Source: Eledone cirrhosa (taxonomy: Eukaryota). Taken from it: 64,000 nt of DNA. Under the pieces are notes generated by a model. It did not search any database. It saw nothing but the letters and a program-made list of their open reading frames with translations, and was not told the DNA's origin. Below, in pieces: positions 25,700-39,215 of the stretch. Made by a program: the position numbers and the translations under genes. Positions within the stretch are counted from its first letter, which is position 1; every line of letters starts with the position of its first letter. The stretch is taken from positions 147,374,001 to 147,438,000 of the forward strand of contig OZ024741.1 of assembly GCA_964016885.1 (NCBI GenBank). Reading direction: 5' to 3'.

Positions 25700-28272
25700 T
25701 CTGCTAGAGAATGGGTCGCAGGTGGCACCAGATATGATAGTTGCAATATAAATTGGCTGTTGTTAGCTCACAGGAAAACTTTCAAAACCCGGCGATGAGT
25801 TACGGTGAGACGAGTAAAGCCGCCTCTAAAAAAGCCTAGATTTCGCATGTCTGCGAAAATTACGAAATTGGTGACCGGCGTAAATAAGACTACCACAGAC
25901 TACTGGACTACTGTAAGGTCAGATACGATAAAAACACTCATATCGCATCGTCCGTCGCACAGGGTAACAAGACACCCGTTAGGACCTAAGGCAGAGGGGT
26001 CTATTTGAAAAATATATTGCAGTCTCCATCTAATGTCGAAAAGACGGGCGATGGGTCTGTAATCTGTCCTTGAATTCGTGGGATGGACGCACAAAGGTTG
26101 CATATCCCGAGTTTCTTCAACAAAGTTTCGTGGCTCTGGTACGGTAGATATGGGGATGAAGGATGGAAACTACACTATTCAGGTGTGGTACCGGAAAGGA
26201 CTACACGGGTGGCATTGGGCATACCCACAAGTCCCCATCTGTCAGAATGTGTTATGGACTGATCCCATTGGGAGAGAGAATTTTCCCCTTGAACCTTAGG
26301 ATGAAAGAAAGGCCTCTGTGGCTGGTGCAAGGTTCTGAGCCAGTGTCCGAATATATACCCTTCTTGATGAAGTCACTGCAGAATTAGATGTAGTTAAGAA
26401 TGTGTCATATATCCTACTGGGAGATTGAATGCACATGTTGGCACTAATCACATGATACTTGATTGGAAGGAATGACAACCTTGATCTAAATGCCAACAGA
26501 GAAGCCTTATTAGACTTCTGTTCTAGTAATGGGTTCTCTATTATGAACACATTTTTCCAACACAAAAGTATCCATAAGAAACCATGGTAGAAGGGAAATC
26601 GAGGACAGGGTTCAATAATTGATCTTGTTATTGTCTCTGATTTTTTTCTATTCTGGGTATTTGTGTTAAGAGAGGGAATGAGCTGTCAACTGATCATCAA
26701 CTAATTATCTGTAACTTGAGACTCCCTAAAGTAAAAAAACACCACAAAACTGGTGGGTCCAGCTTGACCTACAGCATAAAGGGGAAAATACTGGCTGATG
26801 AGGAATCAGGACCGGGTTTACGGATACTGTTGCATCCTAATTCATTGGACTTACTGAACAAACTAAGGACGTTAAAACGGAGTGGAAACTGTTCAGCTAA
26901 ACAGTTCCCGCTTCAACTGTTAAATGGTGTTTGATGTGGCGCCAATTAGTCACGAAAAGTAATTCCAGAACCAATAAAGGCATCCAAGGTTAAAACACGT
27001 GAGGACTTTGAGGTTAAGCTGGAATCCAACTCGTGATCAGCAAAGTATTCTGGCAGACCATCTGCCTGCTATCTGGAACTCATCTGGAGTTATCTGTAAA
27101 GAGAGGTGCTTCCTTGCGAGGTGGAGAGACTACTTTGCTTGCTGATCTTCTAAATCTGGTCGCAACATCTGCTGTACACGAGGTGCATCTAGAGGTCGCC
27201 AGAGAAATTAAAGCATTCAAATATAAGACCGCTAGGGAGGATGAAATTCGGCCCGATATGTTAAAGGCCTAAAATAGAGAAAAGTGGCCTAGTTCTCTGA
27301 AAAGGTACTAAAGCAATGACAGTAAGGAGTGCTAATCCCAATTTTGAAAAGGGGGGACAAGACAGATTGCTCTAATTATAGAGGAATCTCTTTGTTAATC
27401 CATCCTAGTAAATTTTATGCCAAGTGACTTGCAAAGAAATGTTGGGATATTGTCAAATCTATGGTAACAGAATGGTTTTTGCCCAGGACATAGCACAGCC
27501 GATCAAATATTCACTTTGCAGTAATATTGCGAAGAAGTGTATTTGCTTCAGGAACCTTGAAAAGGCATCCGACCGCATACCACGGAGCTTGTTGTGGAAG
27601 GTTCTGCAGGAGTTTGGGATCGACGAATAACTTTTTGTTTGCTTAAGTCCCTATATTAATGCCCAAGTATTTGTATTCGGATAAATGGTGCTAAGTTGAA
27701 ACCATTCAACGGGGATTTCAGATTCCACCAAGGGTACATATTATCATCTCTCCTGTTCATAATCTTCATGAACAGGATTGACAAGCACAGCCGGGTTTAA
27801 AGTGGTAGAAAAACTGGTGGTTGTAGGATCAGTCGTCTGATATTTGCAAACGAAGTAATGCTACTTAACTTGGAAGGTGATTCTCCAACATGCACTGGAT
27901 AGGTTTTCTACCAATGACGCGAAGACTGAGATGTTTATACTCTCGAGAAAGCCTGTGCAATGCGCTCTACATGTGACTGGAGTTACACCAAAGCAGTTTG
28001 AGAAGTTCAAGTATCTCGAGCCCTCTTCCACGAATGTTGGAAAGCAGGAGGCTGCATTAAATACAAGATTTATTGCGCCAACTTCAGCACTCTAACATCA
28101 GAAGAAGAAGGGTAGGTGTAAAAACTAAACTCGCTATCTTCAAATCGGTGTTCGTGCCAACCCTTACCTATGTTCATAAATCTTGGGTAAATACCAAAAT
28201 GATACGATCGCGAATATAAGCGAACAAAATGGGGTTTCTCCGAAAGGCTTTTGGAATAACGTTACTCAATAG

Positions 28273-28275
<3 letters not shown>
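25700..28275 (+). mobile_element. Heavily decayed RTE-like LINE (APE + RT)
   Basis: Remnants of ILLGD, MNTFFQHK, IIDLVIVS, STDHQL, EDEIRPDMLK, CSNYRGISLL, LEKASDRI and QGYILSSLLFIIFM. Confidence 0.8.
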
Positions 28276-28305
<30 letters not shown>

Positions 28306-28405
28306 AAGAAGAAGAAGAAGAAGAAGAAGGAGAAGAAGAAGAAGAAGAAGAAGAAGAAGAAGAAGAAGAAGAAGAAGAAGAAGAAGAAGAAGAAGAAGAA
28401 GAAGA
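28276..28405. repeat. (AAG)n microsatellite, also at 45202-45307
   Basis: Direct reading. Confidence 0.98.
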
Positions 28406-28454
28406 ATGTGCGTGTGTGTGTGTATGTGTGAGTGTGTGTGAGAGAAAGAGAACC

Positions 28455-28921
<467 letters not shown>

Positions 28922-29066
28922 GGTAAAATACTGACCGCGGCGCCAAGCGGTTTTACATATATCTATACCCACTCTACTTCTCCCCATGTATCGAGTACTC
29001 ACATGATTAGTGGTCTCCTTGATCTCAGCACCCAATATATATATATATATATATATTTAGAGAAGA

Positions 29067-29696
29067 AGTTTATGAAATGGAAATGCGGGTATACAGAATT
29101 TATTAGGTAACAATTGTTTCTATAGTGTATGGGTTACCTATACCTCGCTATTTGAATACCCCTTTAACTAAATGTTGACCCCTTTAACTAAATTTTGTCC
29201 GAACAACACCACTAGAAGAATTTACTTCCCCCGCCAACCCTAACACGCCTCATTAAGCTAACTGCTGCCAAAACATTCTCCCCTTACAATCTCTACTAGT
29301 CTGACAGTCTTAAATCCTAAGACTCCCTCCACCTTACTCACTTCCCTCTTCCCCTTCTCTTCCTACCTCCTTCTTTATCTTTTATCTAGTGTATAAAATA
29401 TTTTCATATCATTCCAATACAAAGGTCTGACGACATCGTGTGTTTGCTTACAGTGTACCTTCGGTTTATGATAATATTTTTATATTATTCAAATAGCGAG
29501 GTATAGGTAACCCATACACTATAGAAACAATTGTTACCTAATAAATTCTGTATACCCGCATTTCCATTTCATAAACTTCTCCATATTTTCTCCAGATTTT
29601 AAAACACACTTTATTATACGTTGAGCAATCTCTGACGTCGGTTGACTCCATCCAATGCAACTACTTAGTAACATTGGAATACAAATTTACTAATTC
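29067..29696. mobile_element. Fold-back PLE-like terminal element in (TA)n
   Basis: Near-perfect arms 29067-29158 and 29487-29579. Confidence 0.75.
29423..29539 (+). ncRNA. Hammerhead motif with long loop 2
   Basis: AGGT-CTGACGA..GTGTGT/ATACAC..GAAA-CAATTG-TT-ACCT. Confidence 0.7.
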
Positions 29697-30129
29697 TATA
29701 TATATTTATATATATGTGTGTTGGTGCCTTTAGAGTAGTCCACACTATTACAAGCATTAGGGCCAGGTCTCTAGTTTAAGTATACTTCCCCCTTCTCACG
29801 CACTAGTCTCGGAGTCTTCGAAACGTCTACATCTTACACAACCAATTTTTTCGTTCCAGTCACTCCCTGTTATCGAAAGGTCATATATGTTCAGCAGCCC
29901 TTATATTAAAATATCTCTACATCGATGTTTTGGATGAGGTATAACATGATTTTCCAATGGATACCGGCTTCAAAATTGCAGACTCTAGGTCAACTGAGTT
30001 CGTACGGGTTATACGCAGATTTCGTTCCACCGAAAGATAGTTCTTCTTGATTGTATCCTTCAATATTGGTACCTGATGGAAAACCACTGTAAAGTTTCAG
30101 CGTTCACACTGATGGATGTACCTCAACTT

Positions 30130-30710
30130 CATCAGATTCTTCTTTCTCTTCTGTCGACCATTTCAGCAATTCTTTCAGATGTTCGTTAGTAAAGATTTCT
30201 CGATGTTCATCCTCAATTATGTCAAAGAAGCCTACTCCAACAATTTCTTTGGCAGCGTGAAAAATCCTCAGTTCTCTATCAACTGTTGATAAACACTTAA
30301 AAATGTTGACTGTCTCGATTCATAATGTCTTCCAGTAGACATTGCATTATTGGGCTGTAGGCATCAACTGACTCAGCAATATGTTCAACTGTATCTGCGA
30401 TTGTGAAGCTGTTCCGTAAAACCATGACGCTGCAAGCTGAGTTTGCATCAACTGCAACAAGAACCATGGCGTATGTGCTCTTCACACACTTGATGCCTTG
30501 ATCAAGTGGCTGCATCAGTAACATTGTGTTTGGTGGCAGGAATAGCACTTCAATGTATTCATCCTTATTCATCCTTATTCGGTGTAGCCGAGAGCGTTGT
30601 CGATAACAATAACCTTGAATGACAGTTCCTCACTTCTGATCAAAATATTTCTTCACTTCAGGTACAAAGCAGTCGTGTTTTTGCATCCAATCATCCTCAA
30701 ACTTCTTCAC
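30130..30710 (-). pseudogene. pogo/Tigger-like DDE transposase fragment
   Basis: DNALG..IEVLFLPPNTMLLMQPLDQGIK motif. Confidence 0.8.
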
Positions 30711-31054
30711 AAAAACATGCTACAATAGTCACGTGTCATTTCTAAACTAATGTCTCCACCATCACCTCCTTCCCCGAGGTTTCCACATCAACTTCCACCA
30801 CACTTCCTACTCCTCGCACCCCTGAACCCATCCTTACCCGCTTCCTCTCGCCATCTCATGAGGGCGACACTCCGTTCCACCCTCTCTTTGATCCGTTTTC
30901 TCAAAACCTTACCTTCTTCTCTCCTTTACTTGCCACCCTCTCCTCGCCCAATCCCACGTCCACTTCATCCTCCACCTCAATCACCTCTTCTTCAATTTTC
31001 TCACGCCCGCCGAGAAACAAAACCTCGATACACTCCCATCGTTTCTGCTTGCAC

Positions 31055-31112
<58 letters not shown>

Positions 31113-31125
31113 GCCTGTTTGTGTG

Positions 31126-31169
<44 letters not shown>

Positions 31170-31170
<1 letters not shown>

Positions 31171-31865
31171 AGGTGGTTCTTTTTTTCAAATACCACTTTG
31201 GAAGAAGAATCAGGATGGAGAGAGAGGTGCTGTACCCCAGCAAGTTTTATGAAAGGTGGGTGAAAGTGGCGAGAATGGCCCGAGTGAATGGGCCTTCTCT
31301 CTATATCAGCCTGTAGGTTGAGGAAAAGGAGGAGGAGAGGAAAGGAGTACAAGCTCTTCGTACTCCTGGAGATGAGGGTTGCACATTTTTTTCGGGGGTC
31401 TGTGTTACCCATATAAACTGTCTCCCTCTATTGGGGAAAATCGACTAACTTTTAAATTCCATCTGTGATAACATTTTACACGTTTTTATTGTATGTAAAC
31501 TTCCCCCTTTGTATTTGTCCCCTTCTTTTGTGCCCCTGTGGCTAATAAAGAAATATATCTATAGGTGGGTGAAACTGGCGAGAATGGCCCCAGTGAATGG
31601 GCCTTCTCTCTATATCAGCCTGTAGGTTGAGGAAAAGGAGGAGGAGAGGAAGGGAGTACAAACTCTTCGTACCTCTGGAGATGAGGGTTGCACATTTTTT
31701 CGGGGGTATCGGTTACCCATATGAACTGTCTCCTCCTATTGGGGAAAATCGACTAAATTTTTAAATTCCATTTCTGATAATATTTTACACGTTTTTATTG
31801 TATGTAAACTTCCCCCTTTGTATTTGTCCCCTTCTTTTGTGCCCCTGTGGCTAATAAAGAAACAT
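31170..31865 (+). mobile_element. Two tandem 3' fragments of the Tx1-like LINE (copy-A subfamily) in (TCTA)n
   Basis: 31170-31555 and 31563-31865 are near-identical to each other and match the reverse complement of the ORF2 end at 5580-5720. Confidence 0.88.
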
Positions 31866-31889
31866 ATCTATCAATTTATCGATCTATCT

Positions 31890-32760
31890 ATTGCTCTTGC
31901 TCGATGGGTCTGAGGTCATCCTGGTCAGCGGTCTCGGGGGCGTCATCGTGCGGAGAACCGATCTATCAATTTATCTATCTATCTATCTATTTATCGATCT
32001 ATCTATTACTCTTGCTCGATGGGTCTGAGGTCATCCTGGTCAGCGGTCTGATGTTTGTGTGCACTTAGCTCTTCGTTGGAGACATGATTGTACCATCTGA
32101 TGTTCTCGGTGATCCTCAGGGCTCTGTTATCGAAGCCGTCGGTCCTCTTTGCTAGGGTCTTCGCGAGGGGCCACGTTTCTGCAGGGAAGACCGAGGCGTT
32201 GTAGATGCAGAGCTTCGTCTTCTGGGAGATTTAGCGGTGACGCCAAAGAGGCTTCCATGGGGAGTGCATGGTTCTGGTGGCCAGACCACATCTGCGGTTG
32301 ATCTCCGGGGTGAGGTCTCCATTGTTGGTAAATGTGGAGCTCGGTAGATGAAGAAACTGACAAACTCCACGACATCGGGGCCAGTGTGGAATAGGTAAGG
32401 ATCCGACCCATCACCGACATGCATCAGTATGGTCTTCACCCCACTCACCTGAGGGATGTACGGCCAACCGTGTCGAAAGCCACATTGAGGTCGACGAAGA
32501 CGACATAGAGGTGGCGATCTTTGCGGATCTCCCAAGTCTTTCGATAATGAGACAAAGGGCAGAAATGAGGTCGGTGTGGGAGTATTTGGCATAAATCCAG
32601 CTTGTGGGCGGCGTTTGCTTCTAATGGCAGGAAGTACACGGCAGAGAAAGATCGTGGTGAAGAGCTTGCTCGGAATGGAAAGAAAGGTGATGCCCCTGTC
32701 GCTGCTGCAGGTGAGTTTGTCGCCTTTTCGCTTCTCGCAGGGGAGGATGATGCCCATGTC
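31890..32760 (-). mobile_element. RTE-like LINE fragment
   Basis: KGDKLTCSSDRGITFLSIPSKLF, QAGF and VVFVDLNVAFDTV. Confidence 0.8.
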
Positions 32761-33002
32761 AATATGTATAAACATACACATATAGTTACTTGAAGAGGAA
32801 TTGCCAGGAAAAATATTTAAGCTGAAAGTGTTTATGCCCTTATATAGAGAAGAGAGTTTTAAGAACAAAGGAAGAAATGTAACATTTTTAACGCAGAAAA
32901 TATAAAACAAATTAAGATGACATCTTAAACAATTTAATTATTTACAATTGTTTGAACACAAATCTCATTCAAACATATAGTTGTGATACATAAAATATAA
33001 CA

Positions 33003-33036
<34 letters not shown>

Positions 33037-33279
33037 TTTTCTTTATTAACCACAAGGGTTTACATAAAGTAGACATTAAGGACAGTACAGGACAATACAG
33101 GACGGTACAAATGGGCATTTCTGCGTGTAAAAAATACAGAGGATGAAATAAAATAACAAAGAAAAATTCCCCAATAGGGGGGAGACTTCCGAGGGACATT
33201 TGTGGAGAAAGTCCATTAAAAGATCACAGTGGCCCTGACCACCAGGGCAAGTGCCCTCTCCCAGTTTTCCACCTTTAAT

Positions 33280-36200
33280 TTACAGACATATACTCAGATT
33301 AGGCCCATTCACTCGGGCCATACTTGCTTCTCTCACCCATCTTTCAACAAAATGCTGGGAAGAGAGCACTTCCCTCTCTACCCTGATTTTCCTTTTCAGA
33401 TGAAATTTGAAAAAGTTAATCAGGGCATCACCGAAGAGGTAAGTGCTCGTCTTCAGCCCTTTCAAACGCGTCCACCATACTATCTCTTTCGCCATGGTCA
33501 CCAGACAGATAAAAACTGCCTGCCCTTCCCGGCTAAAGGAAGAGGGCGGGGCAATCCTCACGATGGACTCAGCTGATAGCCGGATCCGTCCTACACGTGA
33601 CAGCAGGTGTTCGACATAAACCCACAAGTCAGCAATGCTCGAACACTGGACGAGTGCGTGCAGGACGGTTTCGTCGCCCTGCGCGCATCTCGGACATGCC
33701 AGGCTGACGGCACCTCCATGCCTGTAGAGTTTATCCCGAACTGGCAAAGCTCCCCGGTAGCACTGCCAGGCCAGGGATTTCTGAAAGTTGTCCATAGGCC
33801 CCGGCCCGAAAGTCCTTCCGAAGAGATTGGCTAGTTGATTTTCGTCGACGCCTAGAGTTTCTCCAAGTACGTCGTCGCTCTTCCCCTCCACTAATCCTCT
33901 ATAGAACGCCAAGGTTGAGGTTCCACCGATCACATTGGCCGATTGGTCGAGGGCTGTGAGCGCCTGAAAAGATTCCAGTCTCCAAGCGCTCCCTCTCGGT
34001 GTTCGCTTGACCCAGGAATGCAGCTCCGTCAAGGAGACGAGCTGGGAAAAGACGTGTCTAACAAACGGCGACCACACCTGATCACCGTCGAGGAAGAGGT
34101 GGAGATGTCGTAGCCTGAGCGCGTGTCTGCGCATCATCAGCCACGGCATGCCCAGCCCTCCACGTAGCGGGTGTTGACAGCAGATGTACCGCCTGACCAT
34201 CGGAGCGCGTCCCTTCCACAAAAAGCGAAAGAGCAAACGCTCCAGCGCAGTCAGGTGGGGCTTAGCACAAGGTACGACGGTCAGGCGGTAGTAGATGACG
34301 GACGCGATGTACGCGTTAGCCACCTCCGCTCGACCTTTCAGGGATAGCTTCCTCTCGGCCCATTTCTGGGTGAGAGAAGCCACCCTGCTCGTCACCTCGT
34401 CCCAGTTTTTGTCCGTCTGGACGTCCGGACCGAACCAGACCCCTACCAATTTAACCGGTCCGTCCGTCCAGCGCCCAACGACGCTGTTGGACGGCATGGA
34501 CCTGCCTCTCCAGGTGCCGAGCTGCAGGCCCACTGACTTTTCCTGGTTGATCATTGCTCCTGTCACCGCTTCGTGTTCCCTTAGTGAAGTGCCGATCGCC
34601 TCGATGTGTTTGGCGTTCGACACCACTACGGTGACATCGTCCGCATATGCTGACACGGATCTTCCGCATCCTAGTTCGCGCGGGACCCCCCTCAACGTCT
34701 CCAGTTTGTGCAGTAATGGCTCGAGAGTCAATACGTACAAGAGGGACGAGAGGGGACATCCTTGGCGGACCGAGCGCATGATGTTGAATGGTTCCGAAAG
34801 GTGACCGTTCGCTCTCACCACAGAGCAGATGTCTCTGTGCATGGCAGCGATCCAGCCTCTGAAGACGGGCCCAAAGCCAGCCGACCTCAGGACTGCCGCT
34901 AGGTAACGATGGTCGACTCTATCGAAAGCTTTCGACTGATCTAAATTGATCAAGGACCCACACGTGCCAGGTTCCCTAGCTACCCTCTCTACGATGTATC
35001 GCATGAGGTGGAGGTTGTCGTGGATGGATCTGTCGGGAATGGCGCATGTCTGCGCCTCTCCCACCACACCACCAACGACAAGCGCCAACCTCTTTGCTAG
35101 CACCTTGGCCAAAATCTTGAACTCTGTGTTTAGCAGAGTTATGGGCCTAAAATTATCTATGTTATCCCTTTGTTCGGATCCTTTCTCAGCAGCTCCACAG
35201 CTCCTCGGCTCACAGAGCTGGGAATTCTCCCGTTCTGTTGCCAGTTGCAGTAGACGTCCGCCAAGAGGCCTCCGAACAAGTCTGGCATCTGTACGTAAAG
35301 TTCATAGGGCAGACAATCCAAACCAGGCGATTTACCTCTTGTGCAGCTAGTCATTGCCTCCCGTACTTCAGCGGCTGTTATCGGCTTTTCGCAATACTCC
35401 GCCTCAGTGGCCGAGAGCCGCGGCAGTCCGTCGAGGTAGACACTAAAGTCCATCCCTCGATCCGGCCCGCCGCTGCCCCCGAATAACTGAACGAAGTGTC
35501 GCTGAAAAGCTTCACACATTTGCCCGGGATCGAGTAGCATGCGCCCGTCGTGGTCCACCAAAGACGGATCGTGGCTTTGTTGCCACGACGCGCCTCCGCC
35601 ACTCGGGCCCATTGAACGGCTTTCGTTCCCTCGTGTCTGAGAGCACGCACCCTAGCTCTGACAACGCAGCCTTCGTGCTTTGCATTGAAGAATTGGTCAA
35701 GGGCCAATTTCGCCGCAAGTACGTCGGTCGCGATGCCTTTGCTAAGCGCCTCGTCTAATTTTCTAACTAATTCTCCCTCTGCTCTATTTTTCTCTATTGC
35801 TAAAGCCTTACTAAACCTAATGGACTCTATTCTAATTGCTCTTTTCAGAGCAAACCACCACTTGTTGTTGACGATGGCCCCCGTCAACGCCCGCTTAACT
35901 AGTTCGCTAATCTGGTCTCTGTAGGCCTTGCGCGCTGATAAGGACGCGTTTAGCTTCCAGTAGCCGGGTCCTCGTCTATGAAGCCTATCTAAGTCAAGCA
36001 CACAGATCACGAATTTGTGGTCCGTGTAGCTGACTATCTTGAATTGTGGACAGCCTATGCTAGACCTATCTATTTCTCTACAAAATACTCTATCTAGATA
36101 TGATCTGGGTGATCCTATGCAATTTGTCCAAGTCCACATTGGCACATTCGGCAAATCCAATCGGTACCTGTCAGACAGTTCAAAACGCCTGAGCAGGTTG

Positions 36201-36696
36201 GTGAGGCTCTTGCACCCTCCTCTCCTATCCGCTAATCCCATACAGTCCCAGCGTGCATCTAAGATCCCGTTCCAGTCGCCCACTAACATTAAAGAGCGGG
36301 ACGTTCCAAGAAAGGTCTTCAGACGCCGGAAGAAATCAGGCCACCCTGCTCCTGTCGGGGAATAGACGGCCACTAGCCTGAAAGCTTGCCCGTCTCCGCT
36401 GGTCACGTCTAGCACCACCAACTAACCTTCTGGGTCCAGGAAGATGGCCCGTGTGGCGAAATCCAGACCTCTCCAAAAAAGCACAGCAACTCCTCCCCCG
36501 ATCCCGGACGGCTGGGAGATGCGTACACATCGTAGCCGCCGAAGATCGGTGCGAAGGCCCGTGCTTCGGAGATTCTGGTCTCGCTGATGGCCACTACTAC
36601 TATGTTTAGTGACCTGAGGTCTTTGAGCAGGTGGCCCTGCTTCCATGACGACCCCAAGCCACGCGCATTTATGCTGCCTATTCTGAGTGAGGTCAT
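33280..36696 (-). pseudogene. Tx1-like ORF2 (APE-RT-Zn finger), frameshifted
   Basis: ORFs 36409-36696, 35378-36421, 35157-35612 and 33280-35112 (YADD, CPRC..ETVLHALVQC). Confidence 0.92.
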
Positions 36697-36731
36697 GTTT
36701 GAAATGGAGTGGAAAAGATGGGAAAGACCAC

Positions 36732-38705
36732 TTACCTTACTTCTCGTAGAGGAAGGATGGTTTGTCCATCCTTTTCTCTGCTTGTGGCCTCCTCCGGAAG
36801 GATGTCCTTATAAATCCTCCTGGAGAGTGTTTGTCGGAAGTCTCCGATGTCTTTGGGAAATTTTTGTTTTAGTGTCGTGTACGTTTTCTGTGTGATGCGA
36901 GTGATTTGTATGTGTGGAGGTGGTGTGAACTTTTGGGTTGTTGTGTAGTCTTTTTCTGTGATGCTGGTGTTGTGTTGCATGTAGTGTAATAATTGGTTGT
37001 TGTTCAAATTTAATGCTGTGAAGTGTGTATCGTTTTGGTTGTTTTGTTTTGTTTGCGTTTGTTGTGGGTTTGTTTCTGGTACGCTTTTTGGTGACTTTTG
37101 TGGTGTTGGTGATGGTGGTGTTGGGGTTAATGATGGTGATGGTGTTGGTGTTTATGGTGATGGTGTTGGTGTTTGTGGTGATGGGGTGGTGATGCTGGTG
37201 TGGATGGTGACATATCTGTCTTAACTTTCTTGTTCGATAATTTATTTGTTTTCCTCTGTATTTTGTTTTTTGAGGGGGAAGGAAGAGAATTTTTTCTTTT
37301 TTGGTTTCTTTTTTTTTCTTTTTTCCTGATACCGTTTCCCACTCCTCGTCGTCACAATCTGTCTCCAGTTGCGATAAGCCGGGGAGTGGAAAATCCTCCA
37401 CAGGCGTTAGTTTTGGTTGTGGCGTGGTGGATGGTGTAGGCGCTGGTGCTAGTTCTGAAGCGTTGGGTGGTGGTGGTGGTGGTGGTGTTGGTTTTGCTAC
37501 TGTTGCTGGGGCTGTTGCTGTTATAGTTGCTTCTGTTGTTGCTGCTACAGTTGTTGCTGCCATCTCTGCTACTGGTGGTGTTGATGGTTGAGTCACTGGG
37601 GTGGGTAAGAGAGGTGGCCTCAACCTTTTAGCCTGAGTGCAGAAAGCCCTTAGGTGGGTTCCTTCACCACAAACGACAAACCTAGGTCTTCTGCCCTCGA
37701 CGTTTACGGTGAGGTGGCTGCCGTCAGTGAGGTCTATTACCTCTGGGATCTCCTCAATGCTTTTATGGCCCGCTTGGATCAGGAGCTCCATCCCAGATCC
37801 GGACCAGTTCTCCTGCTTTTCTTTTGCTATTTCTATTATTTTGTTGTTGGCCTCGATGCCGGCGAGGACGGCAGCCATTAGCCAGGGAATTTCGATGGCC
37901 GGTGGAACGTGGGTCACCCTGATCTTCACAAGTATCTGGCCACAATAGCTTGGGATGAGTGTGAAGTCGTCACTTCTTAATGGGGCCATGGAGTGTTCTC
38001 TGGCCTCCTGTGGTGTTTCAAAGAACACGTCCATGGTTCCATACTTCTGCCCACGTCTGATGTGGGTTTTTTTTGCCCACACATGTCCCAAAGCTTTTTG
38101 GATTTGGGACTCAGATTCCCGTTCTACTCGGCGCGATTTTATGTTTATTGTCCGATAAGACACGGTGCATAGGCGACGTTGCTCCATCTTTTAGGTGGGG
38201 GGGGGCTGACCCTGTACCCATCTTTCTTTACCATTCCTTTGGCTTCGTTTAATTCTTCCTGAGTTACCCGGATCGCTTCGCACGTTTTTGCTACTCTGGA
38301 AAAACTCAGGGTAGTTTTCTTAATTTCATTGTTGCTGTTGTTATTATCGTTATTTTTGCTATTGTTAATTTTAGTTTCAGTTGTGGTGGTGGTGGCGTCA
38401 GTGGTGTTCGGTGTGGAAGAGTTCATTTTGGCTGAATTCATTTCGATATTATGAGTTAATTTATTTTTTTCTTTTGTTTCTGTTATCGCTGTGTGGGTGG
38501 TGGTTGTCGCGGTCGTGATGGTGGTGGCGGCGGCTTTAACACCTGCAGTCATTGGTAATGGCGGGAAATGAACGTCTGCCTGAGACAAATTTAAAATATT
38601 GCTACTGCTTACAATTCCAGTGTTGGCAAACGTAGCAATATTTACAATGGTAGTGTCGGTGTGAGGTGTTGGATTGTGAGGAAGGAGTGACTCTGAGTAA
38701 TCCAT
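36732..38705 (-). pseudogene. Tx1-like ORF1 with Thr/Asn-rich N-terminus, RRM-like core and decayed CCHC
   Basis: EGRRPR..CG..THLRAFC motif shared with the other copies. Confidence 0.8.
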
Positions 38706-39215
38706 TATTTTTCAAAGAAAAATATTTGTTTGATAATTATAAAAAGTTTAAATTTTGGGCTCAAGGCCCCAATATTTTGAGTGTCCTTTTCAGAAATCAA
38801 TGTATGTGCACTTATATACAGTTAACAATAAAAAATGTCCATGAATGGCAATTTTAAATAACTGAAAATAACAAACCTTTGCGGAGCTCACGATGATACG
38901 ATTTACTACGTAGGTCGCCAATAATAATAATAATAATAATGATTTCATTTATTGGCCACAAGGGCCGACATATAGGGGACAATACAAAAGACTGGGACAG
39001 TGGGGTTTTACAGAAAAATCGAGTAAACAATATGAATAAACATAGTAACAATAACAAAGTAACTATAAAGTAACAAGAAAATTACAACAAGAAAACATTC
39101 CCTAATAGGGGGGATGACAACCTAGGGTTCGCTCAGGTACCCCACCAGTCCTGAACAACCCGACGCTTCGAGAGAACCCTGGAAGAGCACCCCTCTCCTC
39201 TTCAAATTTACCTAC

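Larger units (their letters stand above)
33036..38918 (-). mobile_element. Tx1-like LINE copy B, apparently full length, (TAA)n at both ends
   Basis: ORF1 in pieces at 36732-38705 and ORF2 in pieces at 33280-36696. Confidence 0.93.

Noticed and set aside
34295-34804. Recurrent + strand ORFs beginning MTDAMYA or MIRAPP
   Set aside because: They are antisense shadows of the Tx1 ORF2.
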